Of a stretch of DNA of 64,000 nt, positions 25,402 through 39,185 are shown one piece after another. Position 1 is the first letter of the stretch. Each line of letters opens with the position of its first letter. Source of the stretch: Spongospora subterranea f. sp. subterranea (lineage: Eukaryota); NCBI GenBank assembly GCA_049724395.1, contig JAUGWO010000130.1:1-64000 (forward strand), in the 5' to 3' direction. The notes under the pieces were generated by a model. It was not told the DNA's origin. It worked only from the letters and a program-made list of their open reading frames with translations, and did not search any database. Made by a program: the position numbers and the translations under genes.

Positions 25402-26250
25402 TCAAATGCATTCGGATCTGACGCCGGTTGAACCGAAGCCGCCACTGCCTCGCACCGTCGCAGGGAGCTCATCAACCTCGATAACTTCACATGAGTCATC
25501 GTACCTTTCTAGAATGAGTTGAGCGACTCGGTCGCCAATGGCCACTAATTGATAGCACAATTGAGAAAACGCATTGATATGATGGAAAAAACTAGGTCCG
25601 ACCGGGAAAATCGCTCGAGGAGTGGTTGAAAAGGACAACACCGACAGGGCCACGATAATCGCCATCAATAACACCAGCGCCAACTGAAAAAAAATACATT
25701 GAATGGCCGTTGTCAATGCGAAAACAAAAAAATCGGCTCTACGAAAAATCAATTTGATGAAAAAAACTGTTAGACAAGGAATCTGAGGTGAAGAAGTGAA
25801 GCGATGAGGAAGTTGACAAAAATCAATGTTGAATGAGTTGAACGATGGACGGGTCTAACCGTCAATGTGGTGCTTCCAAGCGAGGCCGGATCTAGGTGCA
25901 ATCCTATTGATTAAGAACTGTCAGAAACGGTGATGATGATGAGCCAGGTTCAGGTGATAACCTGCCATATACACCGGCAGGCAGGGCGAAGGCTAATCCG
26001 GTCGGGACAAGACCCTTGCCATGAGCCGGAACCACGCAAGCCTCGGACGCCGACAGATCATACCCTGCAGCTAAAGACGACCTGAAATGGACAAACGACT
26101 ATAAACCGGAAGCTGATGAAATCAATGACAACGAAATGAAAGAGAAAGGGCGATGGGATATTGACATGAATTGTACCCTTTCCGTGGCAGGGAAGCCGTC
26201 GTTGTCAGCCGTTTGATGAAGAGCTCGGGCGAATCCGATTCGGGCTTCAT
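25402..26250 (-). CDS. DUT: dUTP diphosphatase (trimeric dUTPase), 5 exons
   Basis: All five motifs occur across the exons: [45 protein letters not shown]. Confidence 0.93.
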
Positions 26251-27389
26251 ATGGTTGCGTTGAATTGTTTATCGCAGACCCCCGAGGAAACTGAACACGC
26301 TGTGCGGGTGGATTCTCTCGGTTCGGCGCCGCCCATAGTCAGGGAATCAAGGTCAGACAGCAGTGTACCTCTACCCTGACCAGGGTCCACTCACTCACGT
26401 TTCACGCAATACAGGTACACATGGTGTTACAGCGCGGTGTCCGTGTGCCCTCTCCCGCAAGAAAAATGGCGCCAAAAGCACGTCACTCAACGATCCAGTG
26501 GTGTTCGGTAGACAGGCTGAGACAACTTGTCTCGTGGATGATGACACCACGTCAGGTGACCTTGTATCTGCAGCGCATTCGATCGTTTCACAAAACAGAA
26601 TACCGAACAGGGGTTGTGTTTTACTCATATTATTTTACAGTGGTCGAAACGGACCCGGCATTTTCAAGTTATTGCTGAGTGGTTTCGCAAACTGAATTGG
26701 ACGCATCTCCATCGAACGATGCGTAGATACCACGAACTCGAATCATGTTGGCAATTATCGCTTACAGAGATGCAAAAACGAAACTTACATGTAAATTCCA
26801 GTACTTGTATAATTATATTTGCATCTGGGACTTTAAAGGAATTTGCTCATATGTCAGCCGAATCATGACAAAGGTTAAGCAACCGCGATGATTGGATCCG
26901 TGAAGTACAAACTACGGTAGTAGAATGTGTCTTGAAGTTCACAACGCACTTGCCCCATAAACACTCCCGTCACAAACCAGTTTGTGACACCGCATTCAAA
27001 ACACTTTTTTACTCATATCGCGTGTCCCCATACGCATGAAAACATCTCGGGTTCACCCAGCTCTTTTCGATTCACAATACATAGAACAACTACACTAGTT
27101 CGCTGTTCGTCGGCAATTTACCATCCTGATTGCGATCCTTCTTGGTCCTGCACGTAGAGGAAAAGCCGCAATGAATATCCTTGATTGGCACGAAAAAGAA
27201 AGTTGTGATTCATGAAAAATGGATGTCCAGAACCTTTTAGACGTCGTTTCAATCGAAATGACATTGCGTTTATCCATTGTGCCGATGTCGTCTGCGAAGT
27301 CTCCCCTGCCGTTGTTTTTGCATGTAAACGAGCGTCATTATTCTTTAATTACGTAACAGGTCTCGATGATCCACAACTTTTGTCCTTGT

Positions 27390-29200
27390 TTACTTCGGTT
27401 CTCATTGTTGAACGCAGCAAATCACAAGTGCCTAAAATTCACAAAACGCCAAGCGGAATTCGCCCTATAATTCCAAGTCATAGCTGGTATACAAGCTGTG
27501 CTAATAACTGATTGACTGGAACTTATTTAAAAGATCGAACGAAAAAGTTCGACTCGTCAACAGTGAACTTGGCTACATACCATTAATGTAACCGCACTAC
27601 TCCTATATTTCGATTGGTTTAGAGCCCGTCTGGTATCCATTCAGTTCCAAATGGCATTTTGCCGTATCCCCAAAATGGAATATCCCTGTTATGGCATATT
27701 GGCCAAAATGCCATTTTTTAAAGTTCTGGAGTTGCCGTTTGCCAGACGCGCCAAAGTCTGTAATTTTGGAGTGGGGTTACCTACTGTTACAGTACAATGG
27801 CGCTCTGTCCTCCAGGAACGAAGTCTTGCAGTGGCGTTATTCGGGCCTCGTGGAACGAAGAGAAGGATGAGTTCCTAGTTTCACAGCTACAGCTTCAGTC
27901 CGATCGGGGTAAGCGGGCGGGTTCAGGTTTTAAGAAAGAGGCTTGGAGGTCTGTAACCACAGCCTTCAACGAGCAGTTCGCCGTTGTTTACTTGCCGGCA
28001 CAACTGAAGTCGCGGCTCGATACAGTACGAAAAGGATGCGTTTTGTGCGTTTTGTTAAAATAGTTTATTGCTACGATTCAATGTATAGTTAAAAAAAGAA
28101 TTCAAAGACTTTAAATATTTGAAAGACAATTCCGGATTCGGCTGGGATGACATTTGTGGGCTGCCAACGGCTCCGGATGATGTCTGGGCTGCAGTTATTG
28201 AGGTATGATTGAGCCCAATGCCCTACTCCACGTTTCTGACAAAACCTTCGACTTTCTTCAGACTAACAAGAATTACCGGAAATTTCAAACTACGCCATTT
28301 CCATTGTTCGAGCAGTTGGCCGTCTTGTTGGATGGATGCCAAGCGACTGGAAATTTTGCCCTGGGACCGCCATTAACTGGTGGCGGAGGTTTGTTTATGT
28401 CGGAAGAACGAGACGAGGGTGTATCCTTGTCGCCTCTGGGAGAACAAGCCGATGCATCGGACAATGATATTTGTTCAGGAGAATCTGGCACTCCCTGAGA
28501 CCGAAACGGCGAGCGTTGGCAAGTCGTGTGACGCCTCAACGAGATCGACGATCCGCAGGATTCGTTATCGGAGAAGCCATGTCGAAGTTGGTCGAATTGG
28601 AGATTGCCAAAACGCAAAATTCCAATCAGGTTCCATTGACACAAGATGATCGTGTTGCAAACGCAATTGATATTTTAATGAAGAACTACGAGTACATGGA
28701 CAGCGATGACTTGGTGTCTTCGGGAATGGTTGGGTCGCATTGCAACCATTCCCGAAGACATCAGCTAAAGTTGCCAAGTCATCGCTGTCCATGTACTCGT
28801 AGTTTTTGATTAAAATATCAATTGCGTTTGCAACACGATCATCTTGAGGACTTAATAATAATGTCGCAATTCTTTGGAAGAATAGTGTCGAAGAATTCCA
28901 AATTTAATTATGTATTGATTTGATGCGCTGGGTGTTAACTAACAACTATTTTCAATGTGCCAGAAAATCAAAGGAGCGGCAATGGGAGGCAACGCCTCTG
29001 GAGTATTCACTGATCTTGTCTTGATAGCATTAGAGACACACAATCTTCCTAAAGTATCAAAAGAACATGAAACAGTTTGATACAGAAGATATCGCGATGA
29101 TATTCTTATCGTTGAAGAGTCTCTGAAAAGTGCTAACGCCATTACAGACCACCTGAATGGGGCCGACATGTTGACTTTTGGTGACGCTCGAACTATTCGA
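27390..29200 (+). mobile_element. Penelope-like element reverse transcriptase relic, interrupted by a Harbinger element
   Basis: VPKIHKTPSGIRPII (about 27425-27475) and QKIKGAAMGGNASGVFTDL...YRRYRDDIL (about 28960-29110) are PLE-type RT motifs. Confidence 0.7.
27622..28846 (+). mobile_element. PIF/Harbinger element 5' part with spliced Myb/SANT-like ORF, truncated by a fold-back
   Basis: TTA followed by a GAGCCCGTCTGG TIR-like end; ORF from 27797 reads ASWNEEKDEFLV..GFKKEAW..QLKSRLDT|..NSGFGWD..APDDVW|..PFPLFEQL; internal stop; no transposase and no right TIR. Confidence 0.75.
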
Positions 29201-29510
29201 TGACGTATTGATACCCCAGGTCTCAGCAAATTTGCCGTCAAGTCAACTGCGAGGAATTTCAACAAAAAATCGACTCCATTCACAGAACGTCAACGAGTTG
29301 AACTCGAATTAACGACTAATGTGGACAGTTTTCTCGTGAACGGTTTGCACCGTGGACCACATCCCGATATGATTGCGATCCCCGCAAAGTGACAAGACCG
29401 ATCAAAAGTTGTACCTGTAGTATCATCAATGAAATTAGTAGGACCAATATTGACCGAAAGGCAATCTTGATAACGAGATTGAGACCCCGGATTTCAACGG
29501 GGCCGCTTAA

Positions 29511-30910
29511 ATGGGCTGCGGCCTGAGTCGGATCCATGACGAATCCACCTACACCAAATGCATAACCGTGCTAGTATTGGGTGAGTGCATTCTGGCGATA
29601 ACGCGAAATGCTGTTATGAGTTTCGAGCAGGTTCAAAATCATCCGGGAAGACGACCATGATCCGGAGAACGGAAATGCTGTTTCGAAAGTATGATGAATC
29701 GGGACGATTGGCATTAATATCTACAATACGCTCCGTAATTTTTGAGGAACTACTGGCTGTCTGCGATATCGCATCCGACGCAGCCGCATTGACACCAAAC
29801 CTGGTGAACGCAAAGCACGCCGCGTTCGTCGATAGTTTAGAAAGAGAGCCTGGATTAAATCAGGAAGGTCTGAATAATGTTGATCGATGAGCATAGTGTA
29901 AATTTAAAACGGTGTTTTGATTCCGAGATGTTTCAACTTGTGTAAGATAAAGTTAATGAATGCAATTTTTAGCGGCGACGATGGTAGATTCAATGTACCG
30001 TAGCGGTGCTTTACAGGCGTTTTACAATGCGGCAGAAGTAGAGCCAATATCTGGCGATTTGACATTGTAACTACAATGTCAATACAACAATATATATCCA
30101 AAGCTGATAAATGTTGGTGATAAAGTGTTAGGGACGCGGCCGTCAGAGCAAGCGAGGTCCTCTATGTTCCGACAGATAAAGATATATTGTTATGCCAATG
30201 GAGCACCCGTGGCATACATTTCAAAGACTGCCCCGTATCTTCCAAATCATGTATCCGATTTATTGACGTTGGCGGCAGTGAGCAAGAACAGAAAAAGTGG
30301 ATTGAGGCAATTCATATCCCACACAATGAAATCGTCTTCGTATTACCGCTCGATTCAATTTTACGATTTAGGTACGTAAACTGCAATGTGTTTGAGGAAT
30401 AACTAACTCGGTTCTAGCGTAAATGGAAACAGCTGTTTCCTCGATGAGCTGACTTTGCTCAGGCGGCTTCTGTCGCTGAACGAGATAAAATCTTCGAAAA
30501 TCGTGGTATTCCTCACGAAACGGGATAGATTAGAACAATTGGCGACGCCTGAGCGTCTGGTCGCCGCCAGGAATAAGCTTCCAGGTGGGGATGTTGTTCC
30601 ATCCGTGTCTCGATTGCCAAAACAGTTTGCCTTTCTGCACAGTGGAGTTCGCCGACATGTCGAGCTCCAAAGACGCTATAGCTTTAATCGAAAAATCGAT
30701 CGAAACAATATATAATGAATGTAACGTCGTATATAAGAGATCATGTAAGGAAACGAAATATACATCAGTCGCGTGTGTTTACGTTACTGAGATGGCAATG
30801 TGTGCTGGGCTGCGCCATGTTCAGGTCTGTTTGATAGCGTTGGGTCGGAGGTGAAAACGACCGCAACCATCCAGCGTATCATTGACGAATATCTACTGAA
30901 TAAACCATAA
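29511..30910 (+). CDS. Divergent heterotrimeric G-protein alpha subunit, multi-exon
   Basis: MGCGLS lipidation-type N-terminus; VLVLG|SKSSGKTT P-loop; YVPTDKDILLCQWSTRGI switch I; FIDVGGSEQEQKKW; IVVFLTKRD. Confidence 0.8.
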
Positions 30911-31220
30911 TTAATATTGCTTTAATGGAAAGAGGAACGAACCAGTATGTGCTATTGATGGTGATCTTTTACAGAATGAACGAGACAAGTCGCCGGTATG
31001 GATGAGGACAGACTGAGTCCGTCAAATCACAGAAAAAAGACATGAAAGTCATAAAATTCGGCAGTTTGGCCGTGTGTGAACAATTTCACTGGCTAAGCTT
31101 GGCTACAACGATGAGCTATCATTGGCATAAACAAGCACAGTTCATCAAGACAAAAGAATATCAATTTAACGCATCGGATTAGGGAGATGGCTGTATATAT
31201 AATCAAGGATTTTGCATTGA

Positions 31221-34200
31221 TCAATGGTTAAAATAAGCGTCAGGTTCAGTTTGCACTAATGAGATTCCAAATTCCTTGAAACCAGTGCATATGTCGGAGA
31301 CAAACGTAGTTCCAGTTACGATAACCAAACGGTTATGCGGAGCCTCGAACGACGGCATCACATACCTCGACAACACCGTTAGCAACTCCTCTTTTGTCAC
31401 ATGCTGAACCTGAATACGCGAAAACAGGTAAGCCAAACACGACACAGCTGCAGAATAGTGTAGCGTTTCGAAAGTTTGGAACTGTGTTGAAACTGACAGC
31501 AGAAATTGTTTGTTAAAACCCGCAAAATATCGCGGAACTGCGAACAAACGTTTGATAAAGGAAAAGATTCAAGCAGTTGCGTGAAAAATATGAATCCCAA
31601 TGGTTTCACCTTTTTGAGAAGACATTTTTGATAATCGCTGCCAAGACCGCGCAGAGAGTCATCCAAATGTTCACGGGCAGCAGAGAAGGCATTATCTCGA
31701 GATCTGGCAAGAAACTATCGATGCCCTTTCACTAAAAAGTCGAGAAAACAACTTACGACACGATTTCGAACGACAGCGAAGAGCGCGCAGCTTGTAGGGC
31801 AACGTCCGAGATGGCGCTTGTACCGCCGGACACAAGCTCGCGGACAACGTTGCGTGCCTCGCCATAAGCGGCGACGACATTTGTCGCTTTGAAAAGCGTG
31901 CACACCATTAATCCAGATTCGAAATCAGCAGATAAGCCATAGCTATAGCTGTACCCAGCACCGCGAATACGCTTCCACAGCGGGCCCTCGCAAGCGGTGA
32001 TGTATTCCAACGCCAATCTGACTGCCGGAACGCATTCGGCGTCGAATGATGCTGGTAAAACGGCACCTGTTACCAAACAATTAGACACAATACTGGAAGA
32101 AAGAAATTAAGGCTCAAGCGAACGAATTGGTCAGCACAAAGAAACAGGATCAGAACTGGTTTGTTGAACATTGTAGAAATTGAGACGATAGACACAGATT
32201 CAAATGAAGAAATGAAAATACAAGTGACAGAACGATAGGAACTAAACCTGTTTGATATAGGTACGAAGTCTCAAGGCCTGCAACGACAATGGCGACAGGA
32301 GCACGACCTTCGCCAGGGCTCTGGAAAAGACCTTAGCGACATGCATTACGCAAATCTAGCGGTTTTATAAAACAACCTTGCAGGACAGAAGGTACCGATT
32401 CGAGAATGGGAATGGAAGAGCCATCTTAGTGATTGGCAACCCTGAAAACGCGGTGAGTTTTGCGAGCTAGCCACTCGCCCAAATGTATTGGTGACAGGAA
32501 CAAAAAAAAACTATAAAAGGCATTCATAACGATGACAATATTGCCGGTTATGTGACAGTACAAGAAGAGATGTTTGAATGACGCGAGAGGAGTATCCAAT
32601 GCATTGGATAACGCAAAAAAGGAAAATGTATTGAACCTTTGATTAACAAAAACCTACCTTCAAAAGCTGCGCGCCAGGGTTCAACAATTTTTTCATGGCG
32701 AGTGACATCCAAGGAAACATGGAACATGGCATTGGATGACAAATAATTTTGCAGCTTTACCAATTCCGCAACGACCGAGTCAGGAGCAGAATCAAGATCG
32801 GATAAAACCCGGGATAGGAAACGATCCTATCAGGGGCAAAACATGTTTATGATTGACCATACATCACTAAAAATACTGCAAATGAGCAAAAAGAATAAAA
32901 CGGCTAATTCTGAATTTTTGACAGGTATTCGGTGACGCAACATGGTGATCACTCGGGAAAACAGAAACCAGGGGGTCTGAAACCGTCTTTGTAAGGAGAG
33001 GAGACAAATAGAAAGAGGGAGTGAAACGTGACAAATTTGTACTTGTTGAAACATCGATGTGGTAACGTGATTTGAGGTCATCTCGAAATTCTCGACATGA
33101 ATGGCAGCGACTGCTATTCTGTTTCCTTTCCGCTTCAACGACGCTATTGAACTGCATTACGTTAGAAAAAGCAGCAATACTGATAAGAATGAAACTCGTT
33201 AGACAGAATGACACCCCAAACTTAACCCCGCGATTGGTCTACACGAAAAAATATCCCAAAACTGATATCCAAGTGAAACATGTTTGTAACTTCTCGTGCC
33301 TATGCAAACGTGTGCAGACAATACGAATGCGATCGGGGTTGAAAACGACTCCTGTCATAACTGAGAAACAAGGACGATCAACAGCAGCATCAAAAAAGAC
33401 GCGAGGAATCATTACATGTCCGCATCCAGTTGACAGCAGTGGTGTAGGTGGTCTCTGGAAATTTTAGCCCAAGCTGAAACGACTGCGAGAAGGAGCCACA
33501 CGAAAATGGGGCTGAAACAAGCTTAATTCCAGACTGACAAAAAGAAACATATTTGTAGGTGTTGGAAAAAGCAAAAAATATGGGTATATTAAATGGCGAA
33601 GTTGAGGAATCCCTCTTGAAGGCGTAAAGCAAATTCCGACCCAAAAAAATATATGGAAATAACGTACAAGACGAGCTGCCGGTGTGCGCGACCCATGAAA
33701 CGGCCTGTTGGTCAAGCATCGTAATCACATCGTGAAGCGCAATAACATTGTTTCCCTACATTAGAGCAATTAGAAAACAAAGCATAAAGCGTTGTCAAGC
33801 TCCAGGCTGTACGGGAAAGAGACGAACGTCACTTTCAAAGATGAGCTCAGCATAAAGTTCAAGTAAAAAGCGCTGCTCCAGTGGCAAAGTCTCCGTAGAA
33901 CAGATCGTGGTCAGTTCAACAAATCGAGTCGGAATACTATCGCAGATGAGAGAGAACGGCAATGACGAAAGCTGTTTCGATAGGTGCGAAGTTTCGAATC
34001 CGACATTGCTGGCCGAAACAAGTGGAACAAGCTCAACCTACGCAAAGTTGAGTTACGTAGAGAAGAATGAATAAAAAAAAGCATTGATATGATTAAAGAA
34101 ACGTTTGTACGAAAAATATACTTTTGAGATATCAGGGACAATGAACGACTCGAGCAAGGAAACAGGGGATGGAACGGCGTTTGCTTGCTCTGCCAACGCC

Positions 34201-37200
34201 AGTTTAGCACCACAGGACGCCAGACCACCAGGCCCAAGATGAGAAATCTGCTCCTCTATTCTCTTACATTCGAACCGATCCATGTCAACCGAAAGACCTA
34301 ATACAAAATTGGCCTTCAAGCATACGAAAATATGGGACATATCAGAGAAACGCGCTAACGCCATAAAACTACAGGATTACACACAAACGCAATCACGGAA
34401 TTTTTTCAAAGTGTGAATTTGTTGAACGGAAGAAAAAAGCGACTTTGCAATGAACCGACAGAAAGGTGCAAGCTTCGTACCTGAAGATGGACGGCCAATA
34501 ACCGTAACATGCGGAGCGTCAATAATGGAGTCGTTTAGAATTGAAATCCAAAAATTCGTTGTTGCAGCCTGCAGCTCCAGCAAAAGACTGTCCGCCTGCA
34601 ACTCCGAGGAGATATCTGAAGCATCACCATAAAGGAATACCTGGTAATTGAGTTCAGCATCATGCAAAAATTTACGGAAGGGAAGGGAGAACAAAGCGGA
34701 TTGTGAGGAAAGGAAAACGTGTTTTTTCAAAAAAAGCAGTTGACCTCGATGGACTTTCCAGCAAGAAACTCGTGTGCTTGCTCCTGTAACACAGGTAAAA
34801 AAATGGAATGCATCCCACAAAGTCAGAACTCAACCTCCAGCGTGACATAAAATTCGCGGATGCTCTTGCCGACCAAACGCCGCATTCTCTGCAAAAATAC
34901 CACAGCGTAAGATTTAACAAATTGAAAACGCCAAGATACAAACCTCGATATCGAATGTTGTTGGGTCCCGTTGAATACTTTTCAGCACTTCGAACATGCG
35001 TGGAGCAACTTGGTCCACACTACACCAAACAATGGAATAAAAAAGAAGATACACTCACCAGTTGCTAAAAACTGTTTCTCTCAATTTTGACAATCTGAAT
35101 TGTCTGGTGAGTAAAACGTACGTTTCGGTATTGGCGTCGGTAAACGAAACGTGCAGTAAGGTTGTTGAAAACTCGTTCAAACCGGCATCAATGTTGGCAC
35201 AGAGTGGTTCGTCGCATTCAATCAAGGCCTTCTGAAGCGGCGCAAGGGCTGCATTATGTGATCAAAATTATGGACGAGCTCGTGATCACAACAACATGTT
35301 TGAAAAAAACAGTTGAAAAACAGCAAACCATGACATCATATCGAAAATATGTGTAAAAAATTCCAGCGCAACAAATGCAGAACCTCCACAAGAATGATGA
35401 TGAAGTGACATCTCATTGGTTTCTATATTTACGTACGAGACTCTGATAGGTACCGCCATAACAGTGTGAGCGCCAACTTCTGCTTGAGATTACCCCATTT
35501 CGGTCCTGCGACGCAAGCAGGTACACAACTTAGCGAACACAAAACCACTACAGGACAGCACAACCGCTCAGTACCTGTCCACGCGACCGTAACTGTGCCG
35601 ACAGATTCCTAATTTGAACCAATTCGACTCAAAATTCCATCGAACACTATGCAGAATGAAAACCACATGCCATTGTACAGAAATGCATGTTTATGTGTAA
35701 AAAAGAACACAAAAAATGGATAACGTCATGACCTCAACAATTCGCCATTTGTGCAGCAGTAACAGAAACGATAAAGTAAAGTGAGTTGAGCATTTCATCT
35801 CAAACTTACATCATCTGTTGGGAAGTAAACGACCTGTTCAGTTGTTTGAAGTGGAGGAACAGACTGCCGCCATGAGCGCTCAGGCGACGTGACAGCTCCA
35901 ACTTAGAGGACAGTTAGAAAACAGAAGATGCGCCTCGACAAAACGGGTCTTACATTTTCGGCAAACCTTATCTATAAATGGTGTTAGAACAGTAAATAAC
36001 TCCTCACGGTTTACCATCCCAGTGATTATGAGACACCTGCAGAACGTGTTATTGCGCTGGATCCGGCAAACATATGTTTGAATGCGCAAAAAAAAATACG
36101 AAAAAACAAAACAAACGCATCAGCTTCAGCGAAAAAACAATAATTATTTGCGTAAGCTATCAGAAGCAACACTGAGTCTTCACTGACAGATTTTCTGGGC
36201 GGTAATGCTGAGAATGATATTGACGAATGGTATCAGCAGTTAATTCACGAATGTCATGCAAGAGACCTCCGGTTTCCGATGAATATCCTGCAAACACTGT
36301 TGAAGAAGATAAAACCGCAAATTACAGCCGGGAAACACATGAAAACTATGGAGTCTGGAATAAAACTGGGAGACACTAACGAACCAGAAATGTACATGAT
36401 AAGAAAGTCACGCGTTACCATGCTTGGGATAGCACAACCGATGCAAAGCTAAGGAGGTTCGTGAGGCGCACGTGTTTTCGCGCGCCTGCATTTCGCAATA
36501 GACAACCCCGGCGCTGAACTCAAAAGTTCATACACGAAAATATGAAAGTAGAAGTAATTACTTTTGACCAGATTCTGTGATATGGTGAACTTCGGTGACG
36601 AACCCGGCGTCTGTGATCGTGGGGAACAAGATGTGATCCAAATACACAGGTAGCAGCGCAAGGAACCCTTCGGATCCGGCCGTTGTCAAAGTATAGGCTG
36701 TGTGGTCCGTCGCCGTCCATGCATTTGTGCCTAAACATTGTTGATGTTTACAGAACATAATCATATTGACGATCACCTTGGGACATGTTCCGGTTGGCGA
36801 GTTCGTCCAAAATTCCCTTATACGGATAATCTTCAGACCTTTTCCATGATTGGGCTCAGTATTAGCGTCATGAGACAGCGTCACGAATCGTTTACCCGAG
36901 AAATATTAGGTGCTCGAGCGTATGCGGACATCTACGACGATTGTTTTAAATCAGCATCTTAACGAATGTTAGAAAAATTGCCAGAGAACAAGTCTTGAAC
37001 ACAATCTGTTCAAGATGCCACAGCAAATCGAGGGAAAAGACGCAAAAAAGTAATTGATGGTCACGAATTAGATATAAAAGACGCTGGCTGCTGAGAAGAA
37101 AACAAAACAAAACAGAAAAAACCATACCCATCGTCACGATTCGATTCTGTGGCAAGGGCAAACACACCGTTGACTAGTGGCCCTTGTATTGGGGACATTA

Positions 37201-37306
37201 CCACCGTCAAACCGGTGACGCTGCAACGATAGACGCAGACATTAGGAACGGGACCGCCGTTCTGCTGCGACTTCGAACTGGCTTCGGCAATACAACGGAA
37301 AACCAT
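31221..37306 (-). CDS. M16-family (M16C/PreP-related) zinc metallopeptidase, many exons; exact exon boundaries not resolved
   Basis: ATESNRDDG|CPHTLEHLIFLG (HxxEH) | DYPYKGILDELANR | GTNAWTATDHTAYTLTTAGSEGF..VYLDHIL.PT..GFVTEVHHI | EGPLWKRIRGAGYSY. Confidence 0.85.
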
Positions 37307-37848
37307 TTTGGTGTGAAATTAGCGGCGATTTTGATTGATAAACTGGAAAAAATGATACTGTGGTGTTTAAGTCCGAGAGGGAATGAAGTAAGTTTCCCTT
37401 CAGCGCAGCCTTTCCTACAGCAATCACCGTGTTGAATCGGATGGACAAAAAATTCTGCCCGGTTTGCTCCATCCCCACATCATCACAATGACTCCGATCT
37501 TCGTCTCGTCTCTAGCGGAACAGCGTAGGCAACAAAGAATAACGTCCTTCGTGTATTTTGAATTTGATTTCGGATTTCTTGTTCCTGTTGTTTATTTGCA
37601 CTTGACCTGGTGCATTGGGTGGTTTTGTGTATTGGGTGATCAACCTCGTAGCAGTGACGCTTCTGGCCTGGACGAGGGACCGGATAACCCGTCATGAACG
37701 CTCCGGTTTTGTCCACCGACACTTTGCCCACAATTGTGTACATCTGTTGCCTTGCCGCGTTGAACGAGCTGTATTTGCTCCCACGATTACGAGTATATGA
37801 TGACTGTTAATGGTCGTGACCCGATGTGATCACTGACCCCCAATTGTC

Positions 37849-39185
37849 ATGAAGGGCATTCACATTCTCATTCGTGATCTCACGAATGAGAAGGAGGCTC
37901 GGATCCATTCAATGAACAACGCACATTCGCGTTGTTCCTTAATGGCGATGCAGACAGATGACGACAAATTCAGCATTTTGTACCGTTCTCGTGCCAATTT
38001 TTACAGGAAGAAACGTGACTGGTACTCACAATATAAACCATGAGCCGTTTTGACACAATGATAAATGATATTTTTGGGTGTTCACTATTCAGAGTCGGCG
38101 TGATCGAAAGTCACTCGACCGAAAATTTAATGTCGCCGATAGTATCGTAGGCGACCGCATCGGCGCCGACTGCTATGGGCAACGACGCTGATGAACACAG
38201 CGTGTCATGATGTCATTGTTCGCTCTCATTTTCGAACAAAAGTTACCAACGAAAACCTGAGTTTTTTTCATTTTTCTCCGTTTTACTTTTGTCTGTCTGT
38301 TTTCACGTAGGCGTCAGCAGAATTGTTGGGAAATTTATTTTTACGCCAGATGGTCAACAGATGTTATAGCCCTCAAACTGAGTCAATTTTTGTTATAGGT
38401 AATCAATCGTGTTTCATTTGCACTGGTATTCAGAATGTCGTGAGATGTTGTCCATCCCCTTTGGTGAAACCAGCGAATTTTCCTTTTTTCTAGAACGTCG
38501 TTCCCTTTCTTCCATTGATTGGTTGAAAGGCGTTTACAACACGGGGCGGACGTCGGTGCTCGTGACGAAGAGGTGGATAGGGCATGACTCAGTGCATCAA
38601 GTGAATGCGAGTACGACTCTCCCGAAATCGAGTCTGGAAAGACTGAGTTTTTTCAGCGTGATAATTGGCGTTCTTCTCCTGAAATATGGGGCAGGCATTG
38701 CCGCCGCTGAAGACGATGGACGAATGGCGCTGATGAACGCTTCGATAAAGGACAGGTATTTATTTGCACTCCTTTGCAGTCGTTGATAGCCAGAGTTTAC
38801 TGGCTGTTTTCGTTAATTTGCCCTGGCAATCACATAGTGTTCGACAGAACTGTTGGAAAGTGGATCATTGACGAGACCGGTTATTGGCGACTGTTAAATC
38901 CCTCATAGCCTCAGCCTGAGTTAGGTTCTGTTATTGGATCGTGGTAGTCACATTGGGCAATGACATTAAGAACATTGTGTTTTCGAATTCCTGAAAATTG
39001 TCGATATCGGTGTTTCACACTCTGTGTTGATAGTGGCGAGGCTCTTGTATTTTTCTAGAACGTCGTTGCTTCCTCTTATATCTGTGTTTAACTTGGATTA
39101 GGGCTGATTTGGTTGAGGTGCTGTTGGAGCACGGGGCGGACATCGCTGGACAGGACGAGAATGCTCAATAACAATTCACATTCCT
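37849..39185 (+). pseudogene. Ankyrin-repeat gene relic, paralog of 40453-41460
   Basis: LLLKYGAGIAAAEDDGRMALMNAS; nucleotide similarity to 40570-40680 and 40865-41165; stops and frameshifts. Confidence 0.55.

Noticed and set aside
25402..26250. dUTPase as viral or retroelement cargo
   Set aside because: It has four spliceosomal introns and no linked viral genes, so it looks like an ordinary host gene.
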